From the human T2T-CHM13v2.0 reference genome, Homo sapiens: 64,000 nt of DNA. The position numbers and the translations under genes are program-made. Shown in pieces: positions 29,690 to 44,384 of this stretch. The stretch is taken from assembly GCF_009914755.1 (NCBI RefSeq), contig NC_060925.1; one strand, written 5' to 3'. Below the pieces are notes generated by a model that saw only the letters and a program-made list of their open reading frames with translations, had not been told where the DNA came from and did no database searches. Within the stretch, counting starts at the first letter, position 1; every line of letters starts with the position of its first letter.

Positions 29690-30800
29690 AATTCATCTCA
29701 ATAAATAGTTTTCAAGTATCTCTCACATACAATCTAGGTATGTTAGATTACATAGAATAAAATGCTGGATAAAAACAAGCTTTCCCCTCTAGGATCTAGC
29801 ACTATTCTGTAGGCTGTAGGCCTAGGTAGTAGTACAAAGTTAGAATGTATCCTGTCTGTATTTATAACTAAATTTCACATGCTTAATCTAAAATTAAACT
29901 TCTTCTTATACATCAATCATGATTATGTAAGATAATATAAATTTTGACTGTATCAATGATGATATATGAAGATACAAATCTTTCATGATTTTATGAAGAT
30001 AATAATCTGCCTGAGAGAAGCAGGGTTGCCTTCATGAAGGTGAAGGCATTTAGGATAGATGTTTAAAAAGGATTTCCCATTATGGAAAAAATATAGCAAG
30101 AACAAAAGAAATAGAAGTGGGAAAGTATGGGATCTTACCGTATAAGTAGTTCTATTTTCCTGGAGATGATAGTACATAAACAGAGCAATGAAACAAAAAG
30201 AGAGAGTTTAAAGTTATGTGAAATAAATATTGCTTTATTATTGAATTAAAACTTGGAAACAAAATTGGTATTTAATTCCACAGAATATAGACACCTAATT
30301 AGGTTTGAAAAGGGAAATAGTAGAATTAGAGTTGGGTTTAGAAACAAAATTAGTCTTGTAATAGTAACTATGCTCTTCTAGAGTGAGGCAGTATAGTCAT
30401 GGAGGAGAACTGCCAAGGGATTATTTTAATGATCCAGAAGATAAATAATGAAGGCTTGAACTAGCCTTATGTCGGTAGGATTGAAAAGAAAGGAATAGAT
30501 TTTTATAAATAAAGATAGAATCTACAGACATGTATCTAAATATTATTAAGGCAGGATAGAATGAAGACTTAAAGATAACCCCGAGGCACTTAATCGTATG
30601 TAACTGAGAGAATTCTGCTACTATTACAGAACCTAGGAAGTCAGGTGCAGAAACAGGCTGTAGGAACAAGATTGGCCCAGTTGATTTTAAGGGCTGACAA
30701 GGTATCCAGGAAGATTGCAGTGGAAACTTTTAGAAATGCAGACGCTAATGCTATGGGGAGAGATAAGTGCAAGCGGTTGGATTCAGGAGTCATCTCCACA
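29690..30800 (-). mobile_element. L2 fragments
   Basis: ttcatctcaataaatag..., agaatctacagacatgtatc, tagaaatgcagac; approximate limits. Confidence 0.55.
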
Positions 30801-31649
30801 AGGGTCTCCTGTTGAGCATCTACGTACTTACTGCCAAGCCTAGATTCAGTATTCTAAAAGAGACTCCCTCTGTCAGAAAAATTTATTACAGAGCGCCCCA
30901 CTTATTTTCTTAGTGAGGTTTTAGCTATGATTTAAAACAGAAATTCCAAAATCTCTGTTAGTTTGGTGAATATTGCAGTATCTTTGTCTGCAGTCTTAAA
31001 ATAGGGAAAACACAATCCTTTCCTCAAATCGTTTGAAGCTCAGGAGATTACATGATTCTCAGGAACATGTTTTCAGCCCCTGTGCTCACCCCACTAGCAC
31101 AAGTAGCATGATTCTGAGTAGGTTGTTTAAGCTCTCTTTTAATTTATAAAATTGAGTAGTAGAGTAATAATCCCTACCTTGCCTACCTCATAAATGTGCA
31201 TTATTATGAAATAAGACAAGATTAAAGCAATATTCAAATGTAAGGAGTGATTACTGCGTTCTTCCTTCACATCTTCCTTGCATTCCCATATGAAAAATTC
31301 AGCCAACTGGATGGTAAGGACATTGTATGTCAGCTTCCAGGCCGTAAATAGGCTATGTCAGAGTTTGGCAAATCAGGAAATAGAAATCAAGTCTAGATAT
31401 AAGGTATGGTGATGTGTCTGTGGGCATGGGCTATGAGACTTAGTGTAAGGTAACACTCACAATGCACCTCAGTTTACCCTTCCGTAAAATTGACATGGTA
31501 AGAGAAACTCTTAGATTAGATTGTTGTTAGTACTAAGTGCTTAGACATGTTAGCAATAAGCTATTATTGTAATAGGTACAAATTCTCAGTCTCAAGCTTG
31601 GATTTACAAAAATGTAATGTTTGCTTGCTTTTAAGTATTAATTAAAAAG

Positions 31650-31771
31650 AAATACAGATAGGATCTTGCTATTTTGCCCAGGCTGGTCTCCAACTCCTGG
31701 CCTCGAGTGATCCTCCCACGTTGGCTTCCCAAGTAGCTGTGATTACAGGCATGAGCCCCTGCACCTGGCCC
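31650..31771 (-). mobile_element. Alu monomer (FLAM-like)
   Basis: Single antisense left-arm monomer ending cctggcc. Confidence 0.88.
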
Positions 31772-34575
31772 TAAAAATTAAAGTTAACATAACTCTAAAG
31801 TTTCTATTTCAGCTATAGGCAAATGGCTCATCAATTCAATTGTCATTTCTGGTTTTACTGAGTTCAATTCAGGATTTTGACTCAGTTCGTTAAGGTTTTC
31901 ACTCCCCTTCCTTTTGCATACCCTCATCTCTAGTGCTTAATTATAGTCCTGGCATCAGGTGAGAGGAGTCTGGTCCACATGACGATATCCTCTAACCTTG
32001 CTGCTCTCCACTGTTGTCAACATGCTAATCCTGGCATGCATCATCATGCTCTGGCAATTGCTGCTGACATCCATGATCTTTGTGGCCTGTGACCAAGAAG
32101 TTCACAGTGTGCTTTTGTTGCACACATCTCTATTAATCAGCTAAGTTATGCTACACTAACAACACCCAACTCATACTTGTTTATAACAACAAATATTTAC
32201 TTCTTGTTCTTGCTGCATGTTCATTGAAGGTCAAAAGCAGTTCTATTCAACATCAACCTTTTCAAAACCTTTTAAAAAATAATTTCAATATTATCTTAGA
32301 TACAGGGGTATGTACAGGTTTGTTACATGGGTATATTGCATGAAACTTAGGTATGGGGTACAGATTCTGTCAGCGAGCTAGTGAGCATAGTAGGCAATAG
32401 GTCGTTTTTCCACCTACAACTCTCTTCCTTCCTTCCCCATCTAGTAATCTGCCGTATCTATTGTTCCCATCTTTATGCTCATGTGTACTCAATGTTTAGC
32501 TCTCACCTATAAGCCAGAACATGCAGTATTTATTTTTCTGTTCCTGCATTATTTCACTTACCATTATGTCCAGTTGCATAAATGTTGCTGCACAGGACAA
32601 GATTCAATTCCTTTTATGGCTGTATCGTATTCCATGGTGTGTCTGTACTGTTTGCTTTATCCAGTCAACCACTGATGAGCACCTAGGTTGAGTCCATGTC
32701 TTTGCTATTGTGAATAGTGCTGAAATGAACATACGAGTGAGTGCACGTGTCTTTTTGCTAGGATAATTTGTTTTCTTTTGGGTATATACTCAGTAATGTA
32801 ATTCCTGGGGTGAATGGTAGTTCTATTTTAAGTTCTTTGAGAAATCTCCAAACTGCTTTCTATAGCAGTTGAACTAATTTACATTCCCACCAGCAGTGTA
32901 TAAGTGTTCCCTTTTCTCCACAGCTCCGCCAGCATCTGCTGTTTTTGACTTTTTAATAGCCATTCTGACTGACGTGAGATGGCATCTTATTGTGGTTCTG
33001 ATTTGCATTTCTCTAATGATTAGTGATGTTAAGCATTTTCTTATATGCTTGTTGGTGGCATGTATGTCTTCTTTTGAAAAATGTCTATTCATATACTTTG
33101 CCCACTTTTAAATGGAGTTGTCTTGTTTTTGCTTGTTAATTTAAGTTCCTTATAAATTTTGGATATTATACCTTTGTCAGTTGCATACTTTGCAAATATC
33201 TTCTCTCATTATGTAGGATGTCTGTTTACTCTGTTGATGGTTTCTTTTTCTGTGCAGAAGCTCTTTAGTTTAATTAGGTCGCATTTGTCAATTTTTGTCT
33301 TGTTGCAGTTGTTTTTGATGTCTTCATCATAAAATCTTTGCCAGGTCCTATGTACAGAATCGTATTGCCTAGGTTTTCTTCAAGGATTTTTATAGTTTTA
33401 GGTTTTACATTTAAGTGTTTAATGCTTCTTTAGTTGTTTTTTGTATATGGTGTAAGGAAGGGTTCCAGTTTCAATCTTCTGCATATGGCCAGGCTGTTAT
33501 CCAGGTACCATTTATTGAATAGAAAGTCCTTTACCTGTTGCTTGTTTTTGTCAACTTTGTTGAAGATCAGATGGTTGTAGGTGTGCAGCTTTATTTCTGA
33601 GCTCTCTATTCTGTTTCATTGGTCTATGTGCCTGTTTTTGTATGAGTACCATGCTGTTTTGGTTAATGTAGCCCTGTAGTGTAGTTTGAAGTCAGGTAGT
33701 ATGATGCCTCCTGCTTTGTACTTTTTGTTTAAAATCTTTGGCTATTCAGACTCTTTTTTGGTTAAATGTGAATTTTACAATAGTTTTTTTCTAATTCTGT
33801 GAAAAATAATGTTGGTAGTTTGAAGGAAATAACACTAAATCTGTAAATTGTTTTGGGCAGTATGGCCATTTTAATGATATTGATTATTCCAGTTCGTGAG
33901 AATGAAATGTTTTTCCACTTATTTGTGTCATCTCTGATTTCTTTCAGCAGAGTTTTGTATTTGTTCTTGTAGAGATCTTTCACCTCCTTGATTACCTGTA
34001 TTATTAGTTATTTCATTTTTGTGGCTATTGTAAATGGAATTGTGTTCTTGATTTGAGTCTCAGCTTCAATGTTATTGATATATAGAAATGCTACCATCTT
34101 TTGCATTAATACATTTATTTTAAACCCTGAAACTTTACTAAAGTTATTTACCATTTCTAGAAACATCTTGCCTGAGTCTTTAGGATTTTTTAGATATAGA
34201 ATCATATAATCAAGAAAGAGAGATAGTTTCACTTCTTCTTTTCCTATTTGGATATCTTTCATATCTTTCTCTTGCCTGATTGCCTGGCTAGGACTTCCAG
34301 TACTATATTGAACAGGAGTGGTGAGTGTGGGGCCTCCTTGTTTTATTCCAGTTCTCAATGGGAATGGTTCTAGCTTTTGACCATTCAGTATTATGTTGGC
34401 TTTGGGTTTGCCATAGATGGTTTTTATTATTTTGAGATCTGTTCCTTTGAGGTCTAGTCTAGTCTGTTAAGGTATTTATCATGAAGGGATGTTGGATTTT
34501 ATTGAAAACTTTTTCTGCATCTATTGAGATAATCATATGGGTTTTTTTTGCCATTCGCCGTTGCTTATGTGGTAA

Positions 34576-34952
<377 letters not shown>

Positions 34953-36354
34953 GTATTAACTTTTTAACATGCTGTGGATTCAGTTTGCCAGTATTTTGTT
35001 GAGGATTTTTACATCTATGTCGGCTGGGAATATGGGCCTGAAGTTTTCTTCTTTCCCAGTGTCTCTGCCAGATTTTGGTATCAGGCTGGTGCTGGCTTCA
35101 CAGAATAAGTTAGAGAGGAGCCCATCCTCCTCAATTTTTTGGAATAGTTTCATTAGGGCTTGTACCTGTTCTTCTTTATGTGTCTGGTAAAATTTGGTTG
35201 TGAATCTATCTGTTCCAGGCCTTTTTTGACTGGTAGATATTTTATTACTGATTCCATTGCAGGACTTGTTTTTCACCTGTTCAAGTTTTTGCTTTCTTCA
35301 TGGTTCAATCATGGGAGATTGTGTGTTTCCTAGAATTTATCCATTTCCCCTAGATTTTCTAATATGTGTACATAGAGTTATTCACAATAGTCTCTGTGGA
35401 TTTTTTTGTATTTCTGTGGCATTGGTTACAATGTCATCTTTGTCATTTCTGATTATACGTATTTGGATCCTTATTTTTCTTTATTAATCTAACTAGCAGT
35501 CTCTGAATCATATTTATTCCCTCAAAAAAGCCACTTTTAGTTGATTTTTTGTATGAATTTTTGCATCTTACTTTAATTTCATTTGTCTGTAATTTTAGTT
35601 ATTTTCTTCTGCTAGCTTGGAGGTTGGTTTGTTCTTTTTTTTTACCCTCACTTCCCCAGATTTTTCTAACTTCTTGATGAAGGTATTTGGAGCTATAAAC
35701 TTTCCTTTTAATACTACCTTGGCTGTATCCCAAAACGTTGGTAAGTTGTGTCCCTATTTTCATTAATTTCAAATTTTTTTATTTCTGTCTCAATTCCATT
35801 GCACACCAGGAGTTATTCAGGAGCAAGTTATTTAATTTTCATCTATAATTTTAAGAGATCTTCTTGATACTGATTTCTGTTTTTAATATACTGTGGTCCA
35901 AGAGTGTACTTGGTATGATGTCAACTTTTTTAAGTTTGTGATTCAGCATGTCATTTCATTATGCTTAAGAACCATTGCTGGGGAGCTAGTGGGTTTGTTT
36001 GGAGGTTAGGGGACATTCTGGCTTTATTGCCAGTGTTCTTGCATTAATCCTCTCTCATCTGAAAGGGATGGTATTCCTTTAGTGTAACAAAAGTTGACAA
36101 TAATCAGTTGGCTTCATTTCTGGATGTTTTCAGAGGGTTAAAGTTATGTACATAATCTGGATTTGTGGCTAGTTCTTGTCTGTGGTTCCACGGTAGTGTA
36201 TATTAGCAGAATATTTTTTGGTGATGTAGTTTGGGCTGCAATCCAGTAAATGATGCTTAAGAGTAATGGCTAGCAGATAGGTTCTTAGCCATGCAGCTCT
36301 TTTGTATTTCCTCACATTCACAGGCGTGCTCTGCAGTGTAAGAGAACGAGATGA

Positions 36355-36721
<367 letters not shown>

Positions 36722-38875
36722 AGGTGTGCCCACATTTCTTTGGTAGGTGTTCCAGGATATGGGGCTTCCTTGGGAAGAGTCCCCCGCAGGGAAACAAGCC
36801 ACATCCTTTCCAGACCAGCCCTTCAGAGAGAAGTACGTTCCACTTCCATGCCAGCCCATGAACCCCTGTGTTTCACCCCTCTCAGTGCCCTGAGAGTGCG
36901 GGACTCTACCCTGCTTAAGTGCTGAGTACAGATCTTGGCTTGGCATTCCCAAGCTGTGTGCCATAGCCCTGGGGCACAGGGATCAGCCGGCAGCTTGGGG
37001 TAGAGCTCCAGCTGCACTGGGGTATCCTAAGTGCTCCCAGGTTTTTGGGAAACTACTCAGGTGGAGCAAAGCACCCAGGCTGGACAGTGGAGGCTGCACT
37101 GTGCACCACTCCTACAGGACAGCTAGGCAGGGGCCCTGAAGGGCTGGCAGGCAGAGGGCCTATAGAACAAATATACCCCGCCCCGCAGAGCAGCCAGGCC
37201 CACTGTCTCCGAGTCCAGCAGTCAGCTGGGAGCTAGAGCTTCTCAGAAGGAAATGTGGAGCCATGGAGGGTGAGTGCCCATGGCTGCATCCCACCAGAGC
37301 TGTCTACACACAAAAGCCCCTGGGCGTGATCCACATTGGCGGAAACCTGTCTCTGCCTACTCTCTGGGTAGAGCCCCCTACTAGCTCAAATGTCCATGGG
37401 GAATGTGGAGTCCCCTGTAGCGAGGATCCCAGAAGTACATGGTAAGAGTGAGCTGTGACTCAATCCCTTCATTCACCCCTTCCCCAGGAGCCGTTTGGGG
37501 TTGGGAACTAGTCTTAGCATTCAAATACTCCATTCAGTGTTTCCAGCTTCCTCCCTCTTCAGCTCCAGAGTCTGCATTGCCTCTCCATCCACTCTCAGTG
37601 TTTTCTCTCCGAATACCTGCTCAAATTATGTTGGTTTACTCAATATTTTTGTCTCCCTCAGTGAGAGCAGCACTTCCTGGCTGCCTCTAGTCAGCCATCT
37701 TGTCCCCTTCCCCTCAACATTGATTTTTATTCAAGGTTAGAATCTGAAGGAGAGGCTCCTATCAAGGATTGGCCAACTCATAGTAGAAGAAAAAGAGAGA
37801 TGATGGAGCCACATAACGGATCTTAAAGTTTCTGCTAGAAAGTGCTTATGTCCCTTTAATTTACATCTCATTGACAGAAGTCACATGAACTTCCAAGTCT
37901 AATTTCAATGAGGTGAAATAGTATAATCTTTTCCCAAAGAGGAACAGCAAATATTTTTAATAATGTAATCTACAGCCCCGCAACATACCAGGCTTCTCTG
38001 GGTCCCCCAGATCACTCTCTGGCAGCAACATGCACATTTCACATACACCACCTCATCAAGGTATGGTGAGCAGACACAGTAGAGAGTTCCAGATTGGTGG
38101 AAAGACATATAGCTTCCTAATGACATATCTCCAAACACATTTCAAGCTCAATTCTTACAGTTCTAAGAGACCTCCCCCTAACATTTGCAAGGCTAAGTCA
38201 AGAATAAAATGGAGGCTCACATATTATAAATTTAAATATTTAAAAGTTATAAGACATGCTACCAAATGATTACATAAAATATGCTCTAACTTATGCCCTA
38301 ACAAATAAGTCTTCATTAAGACTTGAAAGTTTAGTTCCTCATCAGAACATGACAGAGCAGAGAGAGCTTCCCCAGGCCCAGGTCTCAGGCCAACTTTGAT
38401 GGGTATTATCTTCCCACTGCTATCTTTCTGACACACTCAAAAATGCCTCATGCTCATACATTAGGACATTCTAGCCAGCCTTCTCATGTTTTATCCACAT
38501 CTCCCACATCTAAGGCTGCACTCACCAGCAATAGCCCATAGTGTGGGAAAAGGCGCACACAGTATTTGGGGACGAGTTCAAAAACACATGGGTTGGAAAC
38601 TCAGGAGCTGTGGACCCTGTAGCATGGTTTAGAAGGGTACACGTAGGCTGGGTGAGCAGATCTCTTTGGACCCAGGACCCCTCACCAATGGGGAAGGTAA
38701 CCCAAATAAATGCCAAAATGGAATGGGGGAGGGGGACCCTCAACTATGATCTAAGAGTACTAAGTCAAAATAAACTTTAGAGGATATACACCTAAGTTAC
38801 ATATACATCAAAGTATAATTTCACATGTTTGTGTATGTCAGTAATAGAACCTAGTCATAAAATGATTCTACAGGA

Positions 38876-39475
<600 letters not shown>

Positions 39476-40689
39476 ATCATCGTAAAGATACTAAAATATG
39501 TTTTAAGGCTATCTTCCTTCTCACTTCTGTTCGACTGCATATACTAACTTCATCCATTATGATTGGTCTCACCTTTGCTTACCTTTGAGCAAAACTGACC
39601 CACTCAGGGGGTGCTTTAAGCAACTCCTGTCCATTTTACAGAATATCTATTTCTTTGGGAAAGAATTCCTTGAAATTTTCATATAAATAATTATCTTTAA
39701 TATTTTTTAAAAAGCTTTATTAACAAAAGTGTGCATTCTTTTAAGACCTCTATATCTACTACTTAAAGTAATGTCTATTTGTCTTTGCAAATAACTCAAC
39801 ACAAATTCTGACTTTTGTCTAAGAATATCCTAACAGATCAGGATGTCCATGTCAGCGTGGTGAGTCACTAGTGATTTTTCTTCCTTCTTTGGCATGATAA
39901 CCACCCTGTGATCAGGGAGTTGTTTTTTGTACATAACTGTCCAAGCTTGCTTTCTTATTAGCAAGACTCTGCCTATGGCTAATATAAAAATGTTTTTCCC
40001 TGGGTGAAATTAAATGAGACTCCATCTGTGGCCTCACTAGTACCCAAACCTCAATTTCTCTTCCGCCAACATCACCTCCATAGAACATGTGCATAAATGA
40101 ATAAGTACTATATCTGGTGAGGCTGGCAAGTCCTCTTTAGAAAAACAAAGGAATTACTTTACAAATCTGAGTTATGACATGTGAGTTAGAAATTTGCCTG
40201 GTATGAGAATATCCAATTTTAAGTTTCTTGTCCCTCACTAGCCAGGCAGTTTTTAAGAAAACTGCCAATTTGCTTTATTTCATATGTACTTAATTTCTTG
40301 ATTCTCAAACAGGGAAAACGTGAAACAGAAAACCTCACATGTAACCAAGCTGAAACAAGAAAGACAATTACTTTTCCCTAATGAAATGTTCTATTTCCTT
40401 ACTTTGCTGTTTCATTAATTTCCCAACTTCATTTTATGCTGATCTAGATTTTAGTAGATTTCCCGGAACACAACTTGAGCAAAAGACATTTGAATTAATT
40501 CAAAAAAAATTATGTATCTGTGGCGCTTGAGGTATTTTTCATGAGCTGGGTAATGGTAAAAGGCAATATCCACGTTTCTCTGCCACAGAACTTGTCATTT
40601 TAGAGCTGAGGTGGTGTGGGCAGATTAAAATAGGCAAAAGAATAAGAATTAAATATAGTTATAATTATGACAAATAAAAAGATAGAATG

Positions 40690-41150
40690 ACTGAGGGGCA
40701 CATAACTTTTCAGAAGCCCTCTCTGAAGACGTGAGATGTGAGCTAAGAACTTACAAAAAAGATGAAGCAACACATGTGGATATTTGGAGGGAGTCTCAGC
40801 CCCCAAAGTCAACATCAAGCACAAATGCTCAAGCAAAGAACAAGTTTGGTGTGTTCCAAGACTGGAAGAAAGTCATTGTGATGGGAGCATAATGAACAAA
40901 GGAAGAGTGGTAGGAAATGAGGAGGATTGATTACCCAGGGGTTGAATTAACTAGGCAAATACAAGGAGAGTTCCATGTTATTTTTAGCAGGAAGTCACCG
41001 GTGGAATTTCAGCTGAGAAGCAATGTGATCCAATATATACTTTTAGGAAATGGCTTTGGTTGCTGAGTGTAGAATATATCTTGAGCTAGGTTATGAAGGA
41101 ATGGGTGATAGGGTAGGAGGGAGTGAAACCAGGGAACCAGTTAAAACACT
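40690..41150 (-). mobile_element. L2 fragment
   Basis: gaagccctctctgaagacgtgagatgtgagctaag, tttggtgtgttccaagactgg. Confidence 0.65.
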
Positions 41151-42261
41151 GATATTTCTGACTTCAAGTCTTCACATATAGAACAATAAAACAGCATCCA
41201 TACTCTATGTTCACTGACTTTTCTTCTTGGCCTTTGATCTGGGTTCATAGTTTGTGCTCCCCTTATGTCATGAAGTCCCTTACATTTGCTGCATTTGCTC
41301 AGAGCTCATCCTCTCAACCCTTGTGCAGAAGAATTTGCAGAATTTTCCTCTGATAAAGGCACAGAGCAGTTACCTGGAATTACCAGACTCCTTTGTCCAG
41401 AGGGATGACAGTATTCAAAGAAGCTATGCACTGTTTTCCAGAACTTGCTAAATATTATCTATAAGTCAGTAATTTTAGATAATAGGAAGATATAATTTAT
41501 TTTTACCTCTTTCTGGATTAGTCATTTTAAGTTCTTAAATTGTAATTGATGAGAAAACCAACTTCATGGACATGGAAATTCCTTCAGGCTGTGAAAGAGC
41601 AAAAAAGCCAGAAAAAAATCTGATTTTTTAATTGAAATTATTGGATACTGGCAGCTGGGTAGCATTAAGAGGATTAGAAACATGCCTGGTCTTCTATTTA
41701 GTTTTCTGTCCTTATCATACATGTCCAGTCCAATTTCTGGAACATTACTTTTGTTGTCAGTTATTAATCTTTCTGAGGTGGAACAGTTTGTGGTTTTGGT
41801 TCAGTCAATAACTTCTTTGGTAGTAAAATCCTCTCTAAAATGCAGTGACTCATGTGTGTTTTTTAATTTTATTTCTGGCTGGGTATTGCAAGCTTCCACT
41901 TTGGTAAAGCTGTGGTAGGGACCAAATCCATGCTGTTTATGAAAAAAAAAAAATCTCTCATTTTAGTAGATAGAGGAAGGTGTTTCCCATTGCTGGGAGG
42001 TGTTGGGTGATATTTACATTTCTTTTCTTCAAAAATCTCATCATTGTGTTTTCTGTGCTTTCAAGGGATAGGTTTAACAACAGAAACGAGATAGTGGTTT
42101 AGACTGAAAAGAATCGTAAGCAGGAAGAATATTACCATGTTTTCTAACAGACACTTTCTCTGCATCAAAGCTTGAGTCTACCAAATTATTGAAAGGAGCA
42201 TTTGCAACACCAAGCCTCAATAAAGAATAGAGAAAAAAAAAAAAAAAAAAACTCAGGGCAA

Positions 42262-42665
42262 TGTTACCAGTGGAGGGCGTCCAAGTTCCTGGCGGCTTGA
42301 ACAAAGAATTGGAAAAAACACACAAAGAAAGAAAGAATGCAGCAGCAAAAGCAGAGATTTATTGAAAATGAAAGTACACTCCACAAGGTGGGAGCGGGCC
42401 TGAGAGTATGGGCTCAAGAGCCTCATTACAGAGTTTTCTGGGGTTTAAATATCCTCTAGAAATTTCCATTGGTTACTTGGTATGCGCCCTATGTAAATGA
42501 AGAGGCTGAAGTAAAGTTACAAAGTCATTTACTCGGTTTGCGCCCTCTGTAAATGGAGAGGATATTTGCTATCATAGCTGAAGTGTTTCCATTTGATTTA
42601 CTTCTAGGAAGTCAACGTGAATTGGCCTCATGTTTCCTGCCTCCAGACCCCATTCTCCTGCCTTA
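42262..42665 (-). mobile_element. ERV1 solo LTR, MER61-family-like
   Basis: Reverse complement begins taaggcaggagaatggggtctggaggcagg and ends ccctccactggtaaca; LTR polyA signal (tttatt on plus strand ~42358). Confidence 0.8.
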
Positions 42666-43269
42666 GTATCTTTTTGAAAGATTTTGTAAATTTCGTTAAC
42701 TACTACAATTAGGTGGACAATACCATTACAAGGAAAATTTTTAAAGTGTGTAAAGATTTGCTTGGATCTCTGTCATAGTCGTCTTCTTCCTTTCTTAAGA
42801 CAGCTCCCTTATTCTTGAGTCCAGATAGCCAAGCACTCACTTATCTTCTCTAGGAGCTACTATCCTTGCTTTCAATTTAGCCACAGGTAATTTGATATAT
42901 GTCAGTTTATGTATTAGATGCAAACTATGAATGTTTAATCCTAAGCAGCCAATATCATCTTTGTGCTTACAAGTTTCTTGACCAAATCTTAGGTCTAGAA
43001 CAATGCAATCTATGGCTTCTATGGCTGAAGATGTAGAATTTAATGCAAACATTGTAATGGGACAATTGTTGACTACACCCCGTATTAATAATATTTTTTC
43101 CCATGTTCCAAACTAATTAATGCAGTGAAAAATTCTAGATGCTGACTGTGGACTCTGGATCAATTTGCTTCTATCAATCAGTACCTCTAATTCAGTCCAT
43201 GTTCAAATGACCTTAAGAAAAGAATATCAGTACCTATATCTTGTCAAATGCAGGGTTTTTTTTGTAATG

Positions 43270-43680
43270 AACCAGGATAGGCTAGGACTGTTCTGCAGTA
43301 ACAAATAACCCTAAAATGTTAATGTCATCAAACAAGAAGAGCTTCTTTCTTGTTCAGGCTACATGTCATTGAAAGCAGGCAAGGGGTGTCTTGCTCATTA
43401 AACACAATATGGGATTCAGGCTGAATGACGAGCCACTATTTCCAGCAGTGCCACTTCCTGAGTCCATGGAAAAAGAGCTTCAGGGAGCAATTAAAATGTT
43501 CTAGCCTAGATGTGACATACTCGGAGCTCATTGGCCAAAAGTAGTCACATGGCCTCAAGGGGCAGGGGGAGGGGGCTATGTAGATTGCATGCCAATTGCA
43601 GGAAGTACAATTCTACATATGTCCTAGAGGAGGGAGAAGCAGAAATATTTTATGAACACCTTATTGATTACCACAGCACT
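43270..43680. mobile_element. MLT1 (J/K/L-like) LTR
   Basis: aggataggctagg...gcagtaacaaataaccctaaaat...cattggccaaaagtagtcacatggcc. Confidence 0.7.
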
Positions 43681-44384
43681 TCACTACTGGCCTGCCTGAA
43701 GGCTTTCTGTGGACTGCTTCATTGAGTTCCAAATACCTGATTCCTTTCTAGCAACTTAGCCTAAGGAATCAGTCCTTCCTGGAAGACTATCCTATAAAGG
43801 TTGCTGATCCAAGGAAGGAGAAGGTAGCACATCACGTTGGCTTTTTTACCTGAAATTCTGATTAGTTAGGACATATAGGCTGGTATTGGTATCAGTCTCC
43901 TTCCTGACACTTGCACAATAGCAACTCCATGAACTGACCTGCCAGCATATATCCTAACGCTGGTAGAGACAGCACTTTGTTGTCCTATGTCTCTGAGATT
44001 TCCCACAGGGAAACTGAGTGTTCCTGGTACTTTCCTGGCATCCTGGAACTTCCGCTTCTCTGTGAAATACTTCCACACCAGGAAATAAAACACCATTAAT
44101 AATCACTCATTTGGAAGGTGAACCAGCTAGAAAACATTTTCTGAGTTGTGCCCTAGTTTTGCTCAAGGGGATTCTATTGATCCATTCCCAGATATTCTGT
44201 TAGGTTCCTCAGTTTTCACTTCAAAAAATGTAAACCTTAATCCCAACTTCACTGTCTAGTGGGTAGATATGTATAAATTGCTGCAGTCCAGACATTCACC
44301 AGAGATAGAAGCTTGCATTATTTGCTACCTAAAATGATTAGGAACTCAGCTAAGCCTTTTTCTTTCTGCCTTCATTTGTTTTAA

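Noticed and set aside
39861-39867. AP-1 site TGAGTCA (others at ~41846, ~58275, ~62087)
   Set aside because: A 7-mer expected several times by chance; no clustering
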